From contig CAVYSW010000003.1 in the NCBI GenBank assembly GCA_963771275.1, forward strand, positions 800,001 to 864,000: 64,000 nt of DNA. Reading direction: 5' to 3'. The stretch's first letter is position 1. Every line of letters starts with the position of its first letter. The translations under genes and the position numbers were made by a program. Below, in pieces: positions 21,134 through 32,454 of the stretch. This DNA comes from an uncultured Gemmatimonadales bacterium (lineage in GTDB: Bacteria; Gemmatimonadota; Gemmatimonadetes; Gemmatimonadales; GWC2-71-9). The notes beneath the pieces are model-generated. The model had not been told where the DNA came from and made no database searches. It saw only the letters and a program-made list of their open reading frames with translations.

Positions 21134-23098
21134 ATGCGTTTGACCGTCCGCCCCCTCATTCTCGCCGCGGTGACCCTCGCGACCGCCGTCACGGCCGCGC
21201 GGGCCCAGGGACGCGGCGCGGCCCTCCCGCCCGAGCAGGTCCAGCAGCGCCGGGACCTCGAGCGCGAGCTCCAGTCGATCGCGGTGGTGGAGCGCAAGGT
21301 CATGGTGTCGATGCGGGACGGGACCCGCATGGCCGCCGACATCTACTACCCGAAGGACGCGTCGAAGAAGTACCCCACGATCTTCTCGCGCACCCCGTAC
21401 AACTTCAACTACTGGGACGTGCGAAACGGCGTGCCGCGCGCGATGACCGCCGAGCTCGACGCCGTGAAGCGGGGCTACGCCTACGTGGCGATGAACGAGC
21501 GCGGGCATTTCTTCTCCGAGGGGAACTACGACATCCTGGGGCCCCCACTCACCGACGGCTACGATGCGATTCAGTGGATCGCGACCCGGCCCTGGTCGAA
21601 CGGGAAGGTGGGCGTCATCGGCTGCTCCTCCACCGCCGAGTGGCAGCTGGGCGTGGCGTCGACCGCGCCGCCGGGGCTCGCCACCATGATCCCGCAGGGC
21701 TTCGGCGCGGGCGTGGGGCGGGTGGGACCGTACTACGAGCAGGGCAACTGGTACCGCGGGGGCGCGGTGCAGATGCTGTTCATCGCGTGGATCTACGGCC
21801 AGCAGAACCAGGTGCGCCCGATGTTCCCGCCGAACACGTCGCAGGAGGACCTGCTCCGCGCGTCCCGGGCGTTCGATCTGGCGCCGCAGCTCGCGCCGGT
21901 CGACTGGTCCCAGGCGCTCCGCCATCTCCCCGTGATGGACATCATCAAGGCCGTGAACGGGCCGCGCGGCATCTTCGCCGACTCGATGCCCGTCGCCACG
22001 GGCGGGGCGATGATCGAGCGGGCCCCGAACGACTCGGCGTGGTACCGCGGCGGCCTGTGGCACGACGACATGCCGATCAACATCCCGGGCCTGTGGTTCA
22101 TGTCCTGGTACGACGTGTCGGTGGGACCGAACCTCGCCGCGTACAACCACGTCCGCCGGACCGCGAAAGGCGCGGCGGCCGATCAGCAATACGCCGTGAT
22201 CGCGCCCACGACGCACTGCGGCTACAAGCGGGCGACCGAGGGCCTCGTGGTGGGTGAGCGGAACGTGGGTGACGCGCGCCTCGACTACGACGCCCTCACC
22301 TACGGCTGGTTCGACGTGTTCCTCAAGGGAGAGCAATCGCGCCTGCTCGATACGCTGCCCAAGGTGCGCTACTACACCATGGGCATGAACCGCTGGCAGA
22401 CGTCCGACACGTGGCCGCCCAAGGGCGCCGAGCCGATGACGTTCTACCTCTCGAGTGGGGGCAAGGCCAACACGCTGAGCGGCGACGGCGCGCTCACGAC
22501 CCGGCCGCCCTCCGCGGACCGGCCGGACCGGTTCACCTACGACCCGATGCAGCCGGTGCCGTCCCACGGCGGCAACGTCTGCTGCACCGGCAACGCCGTC
22601 CAGGGTGGCGCGTTCGACCAGCGCGAGATGGAGCAGCGCCCGGACATCCTGGTCTACACGACCGATCCGCTGCCCGCCGGGATCGAGGTGAGCGGGCCGG
22701 TCCAAGTCACGCTGCACGTCTCGAGCGACGCGAAGGACACCGATTTCACGGTGAAGCTGATCGACGTGTACCCGGACGGGCGTGCCTACAACCTCGACGA
22801 GACGATCCAGCGGATGCGCTACCGCGATGGGTACGACAAGCCGGTCGTGTGGATGGAGAAGGACAAGGTCTACAGGGTCGCGTTCCAGCCGATGACGACC
22901 AGCAACTACTTCGATGCCGGACACCGCATCCGGCTCGAGGTGTCGAGCAGCAACTTCCCGCGGTTCGACCGCAACCTGAACACCGGCGGGCGGAACTACG
23001 ACGAGGCGACGGGGATCGCGGCGCACAACGCGGTGCACCACTCCACGAGGTATCCCTCGGCGCTCACGATCTCCGTGGTGCGGCGGCCGATGCCGTGA
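21134..23098 (+). CDS. CocE/NonD-family hydrolase
   Basis: [21 protein letters not shown]. Confidence 0.9.
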   Translation: MRLTVRPLILAAVTLATAVTAARAQGRGAALPPEQVQQRRDLERELQSIAVVERKVMVSMRDGTRMAADIYYPKDASKKYPTIFSRTPYNFNYWDVRNGVPRAMTAELDAVKRGYAYVAMNERGHFFSEGNYDILGPPLTDGYDAIQWIATRPWSNGKVGVIGCSSTAEWQLGVASTAPPGLATMIPQGFGAGVGRVGPYYEQGNWYRGGAVQMLFIAWIYGQQNQVRPMFPPNTSQEDLLRASRAFDLAPQLAPVDWSQALRHLPVMDIIKAVNGPRGIFADSMPVATGGAMIERAPNDSAWYRGGLWHDDMPINIPGLWFMSWYDVSVGPNLAAYNHVRRTAKGAAADQQYAVIAPTTHCGYKRATEGLVVGERNVGDARLDYDALTYGWFDVFLKGEQSRLLDTLPKVRYYTMGMNRWQTSDTWPPKGAEPMTFYLSSGGKANTLSGDGALTTRPPSADRPDRFTYDPMQPVPSHGGNVCCTGNAVQGGAFDQREMEQRPDILVYTTDPLPAGIEVSGPVQVTLHVSSDAKDTDFTVKLIDVYPDGRAYNLDETIQRMRYRDGYDKPVVWMEKDKVYRVAFQPMTTSNYFDAGHRIRLEVSSSNFPRFDRNLNTGGRNYDEATGIAAHNAVHHSTRYPSALTISVVRRPMP

Positions 23099-23105
23099 GG
23101 AGAAG

Positions 23106-23723
23106 TTGGACACACTCACCGTTCGCGGCCTGATTCGCAGGTTCGGCGCGCTCCTGGTGCTGGACGGCATCGACTTCTCGGTCGCAGCCGGCCAGATCGT
23201 GGTGGTGGTGGGCCCGAACGGCGCCGGCAAGACCACTCTGTTGCGCTGCGTCGTCGGAGCCGACCGGCCGGATGCCGGGGACGTGCTGCTGGACGGCCGC
23301 CCCATGAACGAGACCGATCCGGACGTACGCGCGGCGGTGGCCGCCGCGCTGGACGACATCGACTTCTTCCCCGACCTCTCCGTGGTCGAACATCTGGAGC
23401 TGCTCTCCTTCGCTCACGGCGGCCACCGCGCCTCCGTGGCGGAAGTCATCACGGAGCTGGGGCTCGACCCGTCGCGTGACCAGCTGCCGGCGACGCTGTC
23501 CACCGGGCAGCGCCGGCGCCTGGCGCTCGCCTCATGCTTCGTGCGACCGCGACGGCTGCTGGTCCTGGACGAGCCTGAGCAGCGACTCGACGTGCGCGGT
23601 CGCGCCTGGCTCACCGACCGGTTGCTGCGAGAGAAAGCCGCCGGTACGGCGGTACTGATCGCATCGCACGATCCCGATCTGATTGCGGCGGTAGCCGACA
23701 CACGGATCGAGCTGGGCGGTTGA
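23106..23723 (+). CDS. ABC transporter ATP-binding protein
   Basis: GPNGAGKT, LSTGQ, VLDEP, SHD. Confidence 0.9.
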   Translation: MDTLTVRGLIRRFGALLVLDGIDFSVAAGQIVVVVGPNGAGKTTLLRCVVGADRPDAGDVLLDGRPMNETDPDVRAAVAAALDDIDFFPDLSVVEHLELLSFAHGGHRASVAEVITELGLDPSRDQLPATLSTGQRRRLALASCFVRPRRLLVLDEPEQRLDVRGRAWLTDRLLREKAAGTAVLIASHDPDLIAAVADTRIELGG

Positions 23724-25126
23724 CCGCTCCGACCGCGGTGGCCGTGGCAGGGGCGCGCACCTGGCGAACGCGCGTGCGCCGTGCTCGACGGCGGCACCGC
23801 ACGCGATCCCTGGGTGACACGCTCACGAACCTCTACATGCTCCTGTGGCTGGTCGGCGTCTATGGCGGCGCGCTGGTCAGCACGGTGCGCGAGCACCTTG
23901 GGGCGCCCGCCGGGGCGACGGGGGTCGTGGCGGAGCGGTACTGGATCGCCGTCGCCGTGCTGCTCGTCGGCGCCGGGTTGGTCTGGCAGGGCACACGGGC
24001 GCTCGGGCCGCTGCTCGCGACCCCGGCCGAGCAGGCCTGGGGCCTGTCGACGCCGATCGATCGGCGCGCGTGGTTGCTGCCCCGCTTCGTCGCGGTCCTG
24101 CTTGTGGGCGCGTTCGGCGGCGCGGCGGCGGCATCCGTCGTCACGGTCCTCGGGCTGCGTGGCCGTGGCTTGGGGATGGCCGCGCTGGCTGGTGGCGCGT
24201 GCGGCATAAGCGGTGCGGCTGCGTGTGTGGTCGCGCAGGGTTCACCGCCGCGGCACCGCTGGCCGCGCGTCATCGGCCCGGCGCTCATGAGTGCGGGAGC
24301 CGTGACCACCGCCCTCATGGTGGTCACCCACTACACGAGGCGGGTGCTGCCCGAGCCGAGCGCAGCCGTCAGCCCCGTCGTGGCGCTGATCGCGCTACCG
24401 GCAGGAGCCGGGTTGGTCATCGTGGCGGTCCGCGCGCTCAGGCGACTCGACGCGGTCGTGTTGAGTGCCGGCGCACCGGTCGCCGAGGCGGCGGTGACCG
24501 CCGCGGTGTGGCTGGACCCATCGCTGCTCGCGCGCGTGCTCGAGCTGCGGCGGTGGCGCCGCGTCGGCCGGGTCCGCAGCCGGCGGTTCCTCTCCATCCT
24601 GCCGGGGCGCGCTGGAGGGCTGCTCCAAGCCGAGCTGCGTCGCCAACTCCGGCGGCCGGGCGCGCTCACCGTCTGGAGTGCCACCGCGCTGGCGCAGTAC
24701 GCAGTGGCGGCGCTGTCTCCACCCGTGGCCGGCGTCTCCCGGGTGATCGGCGCGTACCTCGCGGCTGGGCGGCTCACGGGCGGGCTGCGGACGGTCGCAG
24801 GATCCGCAGGACTTCGCAGGGCGCTGGGTGGCGACAACCTGACGGTGCGACTCCTCCATCTCGTGGTCCCGGCTCTGGGTACGGCGGTCTGGTGGGCGAT
24901 CACTTCCCCCGCCGGTGGGCCCCACGTTGGGGCGGCGGCGGTGGTGGTGGTGGGCGGCGTTGTGGCCGCGGCGTACCGCGGCGCTACGCGCTCGCCCATG
25001 TCCTACGGCGGCAGCGCGTTGGAGACCCCGTTCGGCATGTTCCCCGTGGAGATCCTGCTGCAGCTCGCCCGGGGGCCGGACCTGCTCGGCGCGGTGATCA
25101 TTCTGCAACTGATCCTGGGCCGGTAG
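23720..25126 (+). CDS. Polytopic membrane protein (DUF6297-like), ABC partner
   Basis: Multi-TM, overlaps the ATPase stop; C-terminal TPFG...RGPD. Confidence 0.7.
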   Translation: MTAPTAVAVAGARTWRTRVRRARRRHRTRSLGDTLTNLYMLLWLVGVYGGALVSTVREHLGAPAGATGVVAERYWIAVAVLLVGAGLVWQGTRALGPLLATPAEQAWGLSTPIDRRAWLLPRFVAVLLVGAFGGAAAASVVTVLGLRGRGLGMAALAGGACGISGAAACVVAQGSPPRHRWPRVIGPALMSAGAVTTALMVVTHYTRRVLPEPSAAVSPVVALIALPAGAGLVIVAVRALRRLDAVVLSAGAPVAEAAVTAAVWLDPSLLARVLELRRWRRVGRVRSRRFLSILPGRAGGLLQAELRRQLRRPGALTVWSATALAQYAVAALSPPVAGVSRVIGAYLAAGRLTGGLRTVAGSAGLRRALGGDNLTVRLLHLVVPALGTAVWWAITSPAGGPHVGAAAVVVVGGVVAAAYRGATRSPMSYGGSALETPFGMFPVEILLQLARGPDLLGAVIILQLILGR

Positions 25127-25361
25127 GAACCCGACACAGCCATCTCGAGCAGCACCACATCGCCAGCGCGGCCGGGACTCCACCCACCGGTATCTGAGAC
25201 CGTCCTCTGGGGAGGACAATCGGCTCTTCGCCCCGTGAGGACCAGTGCAGCACAACGCGTTGTTTTTCATGGATTTAACTGCCCATCATTGGTCAGGCAC
25301 GGCCCCTGCATTTCTCCCTGTCAGACGCGCTCAGCGGAGCGCCCAAGACGGGGAGGTGGGT

Positions 25362-25856
25362 ATGCGGAGATCTCTGGTTGGACTCATGGTCACCGGCCTG
25401 CTCCTGGCGACCCGCGCGGCACCGGCGGCGGCGCAGGACATCCGGCTCGACATCTTTTGGGGATCCCGGGGTCTCAACGCCGGCGCGGCATTCCGGTCTG
25501 GCGGGGTGCGCGTCGTCGGCCGTGTCGACGACTACGACCGGTACGCGCCGCGCGCGCAGCGCATCGAGCAGCGCCACTATGCGCAGTGCGCCGCGGACGG
25601 TCCCTACCTGTACTGCTGGGACACCCCGCGCGCCTATCGCGGCCGTGGACCGGTGTACGTGCGGCCGGTGATTCACGTGTACCTGACGGATCGCGCGGCG
25701 ATCCGTGGCCACGGTCGCGGCAGGCCGGGCTGGAACCGCGCGAACTTGCGGCAGCATGAGGTCGCGGCCGTCCGCTTCTGGCGGCGCTGGGCCGACGCGC
25801 ACCGCTACGCCTACGATCGCGACCGCCTGATGGTGGACGTCAGGCTCGACTGGTAG
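25362..25856 (+). CDS. Hypothetical secreted protein
   Basis: RBS GGAGG, signal peptide. Confidence 0.65.
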   Translation: MRRSLVGLMVTGLLLATRAAPAAAQDIRLDIFWGSRGLNAGAAFRSGGVRVVGRVDDYDRYAPRAQRIEQRHYAQCAADGPYLYCWDTPRAYRGRGPVYVRPVIHVYLTDRAAIRGHGRGRPGWNRANLRQHEVAAVRFWRRWADAHRYAYDRDRLMVDVRLDW

Positions 25857-25865
25857 AGACTCGAG

Positions 25866-25897
25866 GGCCGGCACGCTCCAATTGGGGCGTGCCGGCC
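25866..25897. terminator. Hairpin between convergent genes
   Basis: GGCCGGCACGC...GCGTGCCGGCC stem; weak U tract. Confidence 0.45.
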
Positions 25898-25927
25898 TTC
25901 ACCTTCCGCTCCATCGTCCAGCCCACG

Positions 25928-26392
25928 CTAGGCGGGACCGGCCGACGTCTTCTCGACCTTCCGCAGCGCCACCGCGTTGATGCAGTAGCGCAGCCCGCTC
26001 GGCACCGGCCCGTCCGGGAAGACGTGGCCGAGGTGGGCGTCGCACACGTTGCACGCGGTTTCGACGCGGTGCATGCCGTGTGAGTGGTCCGCGTGATACG
26101 CGATCACGTCCGGCTCGACCGGCTGGGTGAATGACGGCCACCCGGTGCCGGACTCGAACTTGTCACCGGAGTCGAACAGCAGGGTGTCGCAGCACACGCA
26201 GGCGTACCGGCCGGGCTCGAACAGGCTGCACATCTCCGAGCTGAACGGCGCCTCGGTGCCTTTCCGTCGGGTGACATGGTACACCTCGGCGCCGAGCCGG
26301 GCGCGCCACTCGGCGTCGGTGCGCTCGACGCGGCGCGGCGGCGCGGGGTTGCCCTGCCTGGCGAGCGTGATGACATCGGCCCACTGCAGCAT
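25928..26392 (-). CDS. msrB: Peptide methionine sulfoxide reductase B
   Basis: GTEAPF, SGTGWPSF, HLGHVF, RYCIN. Confidence 0.95.
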   Translation of the reverse strand: MLQWADVITLARQGNPAPPRRVERTDAEWRARLGAEVYHVTRRKGTEAPFSSEMCSLFEPGRYACVCCDTLLFDSGDKFESGTGWPSFTQPVEPDVIAYHADHSHGMHRVETACNVCDAHLGHVFPDGPVPSGLRYCINAVALRKVEKTSAGPA

Positions 26393-26506
26393 GATCCGCG
26401 TGTCCGAGGCTGGTCGGTCGTATGTCAAACGCCACGAGGGCGAGGAGGTTCCCCGCGCCCGCCAGCCGGATTGACGGAGGGGAGGGGTGGCGCGAAGCTT
26501 GGGACC

Positions 26507-27082
26507 GTGACCAGAACCCGCCTCGAAGCCTTCAGCGACGCCGTGGTCGCCATTCTCATCACGATCATGGTGCTCGGCCTGCCGTCGCCCCACGGAACGC
26601 ATCTGGCCGCGCTCCGGCCGGTCGTGCCGGTGGTCTCCACCTACGTCCTGAGCTTCGTCTTCCTGGCGATCTACTGGAACAACCATCACCACATGCTGCA
26701 CCTGGTGGACCACGTGAACGGCGCGATCCTGTGGGCCAACATGCATCTGCTGTTCTGGCTCTCGCTGGTCCCGTTCACGACCGGCTGGATGGGCGCGAGC
26801 CACCTGGCGCCCGTGCCGACAGCCGCGTACGGCGTGGTGCTGCTCATGGCGGCCGTCGCGTGGCTCATCCTGCAGGCGGCGATCATCCGGCACCAGGGCC
26901 CCGGCTCGCGGCTGGCCGCGGCGCTCGGCGGCGACGTCAAGGGGAGGATCTCCGCCGCGTGCTACGGCGCGGCCGTCGCCGTGGCCTTCGTGGAGCCATG
27001 GATATCCGCCGGGCTGTATGTGCTGGTGGCCCTCATCTGGCTGGTGCCGGACCGGCGGATCGAGCGGATGGCGGGACACTGA
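26507..27082 (+). CDS. TMEM175-family K+ channel
   Basis: [25 protein letters not shown]. Confidence 0.9.
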   Translation: MTRTRLEAFSDAVVAILITIMVLGLPSPHGTHLAALRPVVPVVSTYVLSFVFLAIYWNNHHHMLHLVDHVNGAILWANMHLLFWLSLVPFTTGWMGASHLAPVPTAAYGVVLLMAAVAWLILQAAIIRHQGPGSRLAAALGGDVKGRISAACYGAAVAVAFVEPWISAGLYVLVALIWLVPDRRIERMAGH

Positions 27083-27106
27083 GCGTTCGTGCCAGGCCGC
27101 GCGCGC

Positions 27107-27780
27107 GGCCTGGGCTGCATGGGCATGTCGGACTTCTACGGCCCCGCCGACGACGGGTCGATCCCGCCGTGCCGATCGAGGACACGGTCGGCGCCATCGC
27201 CGAGCTGATCGCGGCGGGATACGTGCGGCACGTCGGTCTCTCCGAGGCCGGCGCCGCCACGCTGCGCCGCGCGCACGCCGTCCATCCGATCGCCGATCTC
27301 CAGATCGAGTACTCGCTGCTGACGCGCGGGACCGAGTCCCGCCTTGTCCCGACCTGCCGCGAGCTGGGAATCGGCGTCACCACCTACGGCGTGCTGTCGC
27401 GCGGCCTGCTGAGCGGCCACTGGTCGAAGGGCCGCGCCCTGTCACGCGGCGACTTCCGCAACTTCGGCCCGCGGTTCAGCGCCGCGAACGTGGATCGGAA
27501 CCTCCTCCTCGTCGAGGCGTTGCGAGCAATCGCGGAGCGGATGGGCCGGACGGTCGCCCAGGTGGCGATCGCCTGGGTGCTGGCGCGCGGCGCCGACGTC
27601 GTGCCGCTGGGGGGGGCACGGCGGCGCGATCGGCTCGCCGAAGCGCTCGGCGCCCTGGACGGCACGCTCGCGGCCGAGGACCTCGCGCGGATCGAGCGGG
27701 CCGTGCCCCCCGGCGCCGCGGCCGGGGACCGCTACCCCGCGTCCGGCATGGCGAGCCTCGACAGCGAGCGCGACGGATAG
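27107..27780 (+). pseudogene. Aldo/keto reductase remnant
   Basis: [12 protein letters not shown] joined out of frame to [13 protein letters not shown]; no start, and the catalytic D/Y/K region is missing. Confidence 0.75.
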
Positions 27781-27834
27781 ACCGCCGCGACACCCCCGCT
27801 TCTTGCTGCCGTCGTCCCCGGAGCCCGCTCCGGT

Positions 27835-28701
27835 TCACCGGACGACGCGCAGGGAGTAGCGGTACGTCGCCACACTGCCGAACACGCCGATGCCGCCGTC
27901 GAGATGATTCAGGAAGCCGCGCCCGGTGAACGGATCGCTGCGCGACCGAACGAAGTCGTAATAGTTGCTGTCAGCCAGCGCCACGGCCAGCGTGTACTCG
28001 CGCCCCACCTCGAACACCGGCCGGCCGGAGTCCCCCTCGAACGGGTTGTACAGGTCCCCCGGCAGCGCAACGCCCAGCGTGTCACTGAACAGGTAGACCA
28101 CGAGGCTGTCGGGATTGCCCCGCCGCCGCACCTCTACCTGTAGCGCACGCGCGAGGATCGGGTCCACCCCGATGCGGATCGTGTCCCGCAGGCGGTCGAG
28201 GTCCAGCACCTGCTCCTCGGCGGTAGCGGAATCGGTCGCCAGGCGGACCGACACGGCCCGCGCGCCGGGCACCGTCGTCGCCCCGGTCACGACCGTGCCG
28301 TCCGGGGTGACGACGCGCAGGCGCACCCGGTCGCCGGCCGACAGGAGACAGAACCGCGTGGTCACGTAGACGCCGCTGGCGGGCGCCTGCGGCAGGAGCG
28401 TGTCCGTCGCGGGGCTGCACGAGGACGGCCCCTCGTGCGACAGCACCACCGTGGCCCCGGCAATGGGAAGGCGCGGCTCGCCCGGCGGGATGTCGACGCT
28501 CGTCATCCCAATTGAGGCGCTGCCCGTGAGGGAGCGCTCCACGATCACGAACTGCTCGGTGGCGCGGGCTGAAAGCACCGCCTGGACGACGACGACGGGC
28601 TCGCCCTCGGGTACGGTGACTTTGGTCAGTTCGCAGCCGATCAGGGCCAGCGGCAGGAGCTGCAGGAGCAGCCGGAGCGGCAGCGGCGGCAGCGGTCGCA
28701 T
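27835..28701 (-). CDS. DUF4249-like lipoprotein
   Basis: Lipobox LIGC; C-terminal GGIGVFGS; coupled to the TonB receptor. Confidence 0.75.
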   Translation of the reverse strand: MRPLPPLPLRLLLQLLPLALIGCELTKVTVPEGEPVVVVQAVLSARATEQFVIVERSLTGSASIGMTSVDIPPGEPRLPIAGATVVLSHEGPSSCSPATDTLLPQAPASGVYVTTRFCLLSAGDRVRLRVVTPDGTVVTGATTVPGARAVSVRLATDSATAEEQVLDLDRLRDTIRIGVDPILARALQVEVRRRGNPDSLVVYLFSDTLGVALPGDLYNPFEGDSGRPVFEVGREYTLAVALADSNYYDFVRSRSDPFTGRGFLNHLDGGIGVFGSVATYRYSLRVVR

Positions 28702-30980
28702 CAGAACCAGAACTCCACACCGAACATCGGCAGCAGCGGGATCTGGGAGACGCCGGTCCGGGTCGGCGGGGCGGCGTCGTAGTCGAACACGTACAGGAAC
28801 GGGTTCATCCGGTTGTACACGTTCGCCACCTGCACGTAGGCCTCCCAGCGTCCGCCCCATTTCTCGAACTGCCAGCGGAGGCTCACGTCGAGCCGCGTGT
28901 ACGTGGGATAGCGCTCTCCGTTGATCGCGGAGCTGATCGGCTCTGTTATGGGATCGGTGAACCGGTTGTTGGTCGCATCGTAGAACCGGTGGTCCCACCC
29001 GCCGATGAACCCGGTGTAGGGCAGCGGCGACCCCAGGCCGAACCGGACGCCCATGTCGCTCCCCAGCGGTCCCGGCGCGAACGCGATGATGTTGAGCGTG
29101 TGTCGCCGGTCGTGCGCCGGCGGGTACTCCACACCCTGCGAGCGCCGTACCGTGCGGGTGTAGCCGTAGGCGATCCAGCCGCGGATCGCGCCGGTGTACT
29201 TCCGGAGCAGGAGGTCCGCGCCCCAGGCGTACCCGTCGGCGGGAATGAACTCGTCACCCGCCACGCGCAGGTCCTGCGCCCGGTTGGGCGTCACGAGTCC
29301 CGCGAACGTCTTGTGATACCCTTCGACGGAGAGCTGCACATCGCGGCCGAACCAGCGCTCGTAGCCGAGCACGACATGGTCGGCCCGCCCGATGGGGATG
29401 GAGCGGTCGGCCCCGATCCAGAACTCGAAGATCGTGACGGGAATCTCCTGGTCGCGGATCGAGTGGATCGCCTGGTAGTACCGGCCGACCGAGCCCTGGA
29501 TGGCGTCGCTGGAGCCGAGGTACGTGCGGACCGACAGGCGCGGCGCGGCGACGGTCCGGTCCGCTCCCGTCACGTGGTCCAGGCGGACGCCGGGCCGAAG
29601 CAGCAGCCAGCTCGCCGCGCGCCAGCGGTCGTCGGCAAAGAGCGACCACACCGTGGGGGCGTAGTGCGCCGTGAAGAACGAGGTCTCGATCGCGACGCTG
29701 CCGAGGCCGTAGTTCATGGCGTAGGACTCGACGGCGCCGCCGAGGCGCAGGTCGTGCCGGGCGCCCGGGGCGGGCATCAGCGTCGACTGGGCCGTGAGCA
29801 GCCGCGCGTCATTGGTGAACTCGACGAGCGACGGCCGGAGCGCGAGGCTGGTCGAGAACGTGCTCACGGCGGCGCGCGTCTCGAGCAGCGCGGTGTTTCC
29901 CAGGGGCTGGCGCCAGAAGGCGCCGACCAGGGCGTTGCCCCAATCGAACTTCACCCGCTGGGACGGATGATCCGCCGTGGCTTTCACCAGCTCGAGATCG
30001 AACGCATCACGGCCCCAGTAGCCCGTGACCGCCACCGACCCGCGGCGGCCATAGGGCAGGGTCACCTTCCCCAGCACATCGGTGAAGTAGTAGGGCAGTA
30101 CCTTCGCGGAGAACAGGCTCACCAGGGCATCGGCGTAGGTGCGCCGCACGCTCGCGAGCCAGGTGGCCGGACCGGCCGGCCCTTCGACGAGCACCTTGCT
30201 CGACAGCAGCGACACCTCGCCGTTCACGGCGACGCGGTCCGGGTTGCCGTCCCGCAGCGTGATGTCCAGCACGCTGGACAGCCGGCCGGAGTAGTCGGCC
30301 GGAAACCCGCCCGTGTAGAAGTCGGTGCGGGCCACCGCGTTCGCGTCGAACGTCGAGAACAGCCCCGCGAGGTGCGATGGGTTGAAGATCGGCACGCCGT
30401 CGAGCTGGATCAGATTCTGGTCCGATTCACCGCCCCGCACGTTGAAGCCGATCTGGTAGTCGTTCTTGGCGACCGTGCCGGGGAGATACTGCACCACCCG
30501 CACGACATCGGGCTCGAACAGCGCGGGCGCGCGCCGGATATCCGCGGGCGCGAGCGTCACCCTGCTGGATTGGGCCTCGGTCTCGAACCGCTCGCGGGCC
30601 AGCGGCGTTTCGGTCGCCGTGATCACGACCGGTTTCAACGATACCGGGACGACCAGCGCGTAGATCGTGACCGTGTCCACGCCGTCGGGGATTGCCACGG
30701 TGTCGTGGGCGACGTCGGGCCGGGTCAGTGCGAGGCGGACGCCGGTGACGGGGATGCGCGGCAGCGTGAACGAGCCGTCGGCGGCGGTGACGGTTGACGG
30801 GGCCGCGGCGCGCCTGCCCCGCCAGATGACCGTCAGGCGGACGCCGGCGAGCGGAGCACTGTCGGCGATCGCGCGAACGGTACCCCGGAGATCACGCAGC
30901 GCCTGCGCGCCGGCGACCTGCGGTCGGCCCGCCACGAGAGCCGTGAGCAGCAGGAGGGACGTCGCCCGCCATCGTGCCAT
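28701..30980 (-). CDS. TonB-dependent receptor
   Basis: Plug motif NVRGGESDQN...YSGRLSSV; C-terminal Phe. Confidence 0.9.
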   Translation of the reverse strand: MARWRATSLLLLTALVAGRPQVAGAQALRDLRGTVRAIADSAPLAGVRLTVIWRGRRAAAPSTVTAADGSFTLPRIPVTGVRLALTRPDVAHDTVAIPDGVDTVTIYALVVPVSLKPVVITATETPLARERFETEAQSSRVTLAPADIRRAPALFEPDVVRVVQYLPGTVAKNDYQIGFNVRGGESDQNLIQLDGVPIFNPSHLAGLFSTFDANAVARTDFYTGGFPADYSGRLSSVLDITLRDGNPDRVAVNGEVSLLSSKVLVEGPAGPATWLASVRRTYADALVSLFSAKVLPYYFTDVLGKVTLPYGRRGSVAVTGYWGRDAFDLELVKATADHPSQRVKFDWGNALVGAFWRQPLGNTALLETRAAVSTFSTSLALRPSLVEFTNDARLLTAQSTLMPAPGARHDLRLGGAVESYAMNYGLGSVAIETSFFTAHYAPTVWSLFADDRWRAASWLLLRPGVRLDHVTGADRTVAAPRLSVRTYLGSSDAIQGSVGRYYQAIHSIRDQEIPVTIFEFWIGADRSIPIGRADHVVLGYERWFGRDVQLSVEGYHKTFAGLVTPNRAQDLRVAGDEFIPADGYAWGADLLLRKYTGAIRGWIAYGYTRTVRRSQGVEYPPAHDRRHTLNIIAFAPGPLGSDMGVRFGLGSPLPYTGFIGGWDHRFYDATNNRFTDPITEPISSAINGERYPTYTRLDVSLRWQFEKWGGRWEAYVQVANVYNRMNPFLYVFDYDAAPPTRTGVSQIPLLPMFGVEFWF

Positions 30981-31091
30981 GTCGCCGTCCCCCCGCCCCG
31001 CGAGTGCCGCTTCCCCGGCTCGGCCGTGTCTGCGCGCGGCCCGCCCGCAATCTACATGAGGCGACACATGGCCAGCGCGCCGCCCAAGGGG

Positions 31092-31544
31092 TCAGCGTGC
31101 CATGTCGTGCCGCTTGAGCGCCATGAGCTGCCGCTGCTGCTCCGCCGTGAGCGTGTTCTTGATCCGGATGAGCGCTCCCAGGTGCGCCTTCTTGACCTGA
31201 CGCTCGAGGTCGAGCACCCGATCGACCTGGGCTAGCGCCGTCTGCTCCTCGACCGGTGACTGCGACAGCAGCTCCGCCAGCTTCTGCTGCTCATACTGCA
31301 TCTGCCATTGGACGTCGATCACCTGCGCCTGGAGCCGCTTCACCGCGTCGGTGATGGCGCCGCGCTGCTCGGCGGTCAGCGCCAGCTCGCCCTGGTGCTG
31401 CATGATCAGCTCGGGCGGAAACAGCTGCTCTTCGAAGGTCGGCTCCGGACGGGGCGGTTCCGGCCTCGCCGGGGCTACGGCTTGTGCGTGCAGCGAGCCG
31501 GCGGTCAGGCCGAGGGCCATCAGCAATGCGAATCGTCGTGTCAT
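31092..31544 (-). CDS. Spy/CpxP-like periplasmic protein
   Basis: Two LTAEQ motifs, signal peptide. Confidence 0.8.
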   Translation of the reverse strand: MTRRFALLMALGLTAGSLHAQAVAPARPEPPRPEPTFEEQLFPPELIMQHQGELALTAEQRGAITDAVKRLQAQVIDVQWQMQYEQQKLAELLSQSPVEEQTALAQVDRVLDLERQVKKAHLGALIRIKNTLTAEQQRQLMALKRHDMAR

Positions 31545-31942
31545 GTCCGGTTCCTCCGTGAGGTGTCGTCCGGGGCGAGCGGCGCGTCGCTCCTCCCGGT
31601 GTCGTAGCGGATCCCGATGGTGGGGACGTCGCGCAGCAGTGCCGCCCCCGGGGTCTCGAGCAGGAAGTCGGTGGGTCCGGTCCAGGTCACGGCCGCGAGG
31701 TCGATGGGAAAGGGGACGGGGCGGGCGCGCCACGCCCACCGCGCGTACCCCAGGGCCGCGAGCGCGAGCACGACAGCCGCTGCGCCAACGGCGAGGCGCG
31801 GCCTCAGTGCCGCCCGCCACGTGGCGACTTGTGGGGGCGGGGCCGGGGGCGGTGGCGTGAACGGGGGCGCCGCTTCCGCCTCGGCCACGGCCAAGGTCCG
31901 GAACCGGGCCCGCAACGCCGCGTCGGAGTCGTCCGGCGTCAT
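31541..31942 (-). CDS. Putative anti-sigma factor (single TM)
   Basis: ATGA-coupled to the ECF sigma; TM followed by WTGPTDFLL. Confidence 0.7.
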   Translation of the reverse strand: MTPDDSDAALRARFRTLAVAEAEAAPPFTPPPPAPPPQVATWRAALRPRLAVGAAAVVLALAALGYARWAWRARPVPFPIDLAAVTWTGPTDFLLETPGAALLRDVPTIGIRYDTGRSDAPLAPDDTSRRNRT

Positions 31943-32454
31943 GGCTCTTCGTCTCCCAGCAGGTCGCGCAGGCGTGCCTTGCCGCGCTGGTAATGTGTGC
32001 GCGCCGTCCCGACGCCGACGCCCAGCACATCGGCGGCCTCGGCGATGCTCAGCTCCTGGTAGAACACGAGGTGCAACAGCTCGCGTTGGCGCGCCGGTAG
32101 CGCGCTCAGCGCCGCAACCAGCCGGGCATTCGCATCCGCCTGCGCGGCCGCCGTGGCCGGGTCCGGCCCCGGGGCGAGACCGTTGCCGTGGCCGTGGAGC
32201 CGCGACAGCGACAGGAACCGGCCCAGGGCGCGCCGCCGCCGCTCCTCGGCCGCGGTCCGCCGGATCACGCCGTACAGCCAGGTGCGGAACTGGGCGCGTT
32301 CGGCAAACCGGGCGCGGCCGTCGAGGATCTTGAGATAGGTCGTCTGCAACACGTCCTCCGCCGTCGGGCGGTCCCAGCGGCAGCACGCCAGGGCCCAGCC
32401 GAATGCCGCGCGATGGTGCCGCGCGAGTTCCGTTTCCAGCTCGCTCGAGGTCAA
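31939..32454 (-). CDS. ECF RNA polymerase sigma factor
   Basis: AEDVLQ region 2, FRTWLY, region 4 HTH; TTG start inferred. Confidence 0.88.
   Translation of the reverse strand: MTSSELETELARHHRAAFGWALACCRWDRPTAEDVLQTTYLKILDGRARFAERAQFRTWLYGVIRRTAAEERRRRALGRFLSLSRLHGHGNGLAPGPDPATAAAQADANARLVAALSALPARQRELLHLVFYQELSIAEAADVLGVGVGTARTHYQRGKARLRDLLGDEEP

Noticed and set aside
607..23359. Long antisense ORFs (607-3411, 4872-6866, 8647-12255, 20927-23359)
   Set aside because: High-GC shadow frames opposite well-supported genes.
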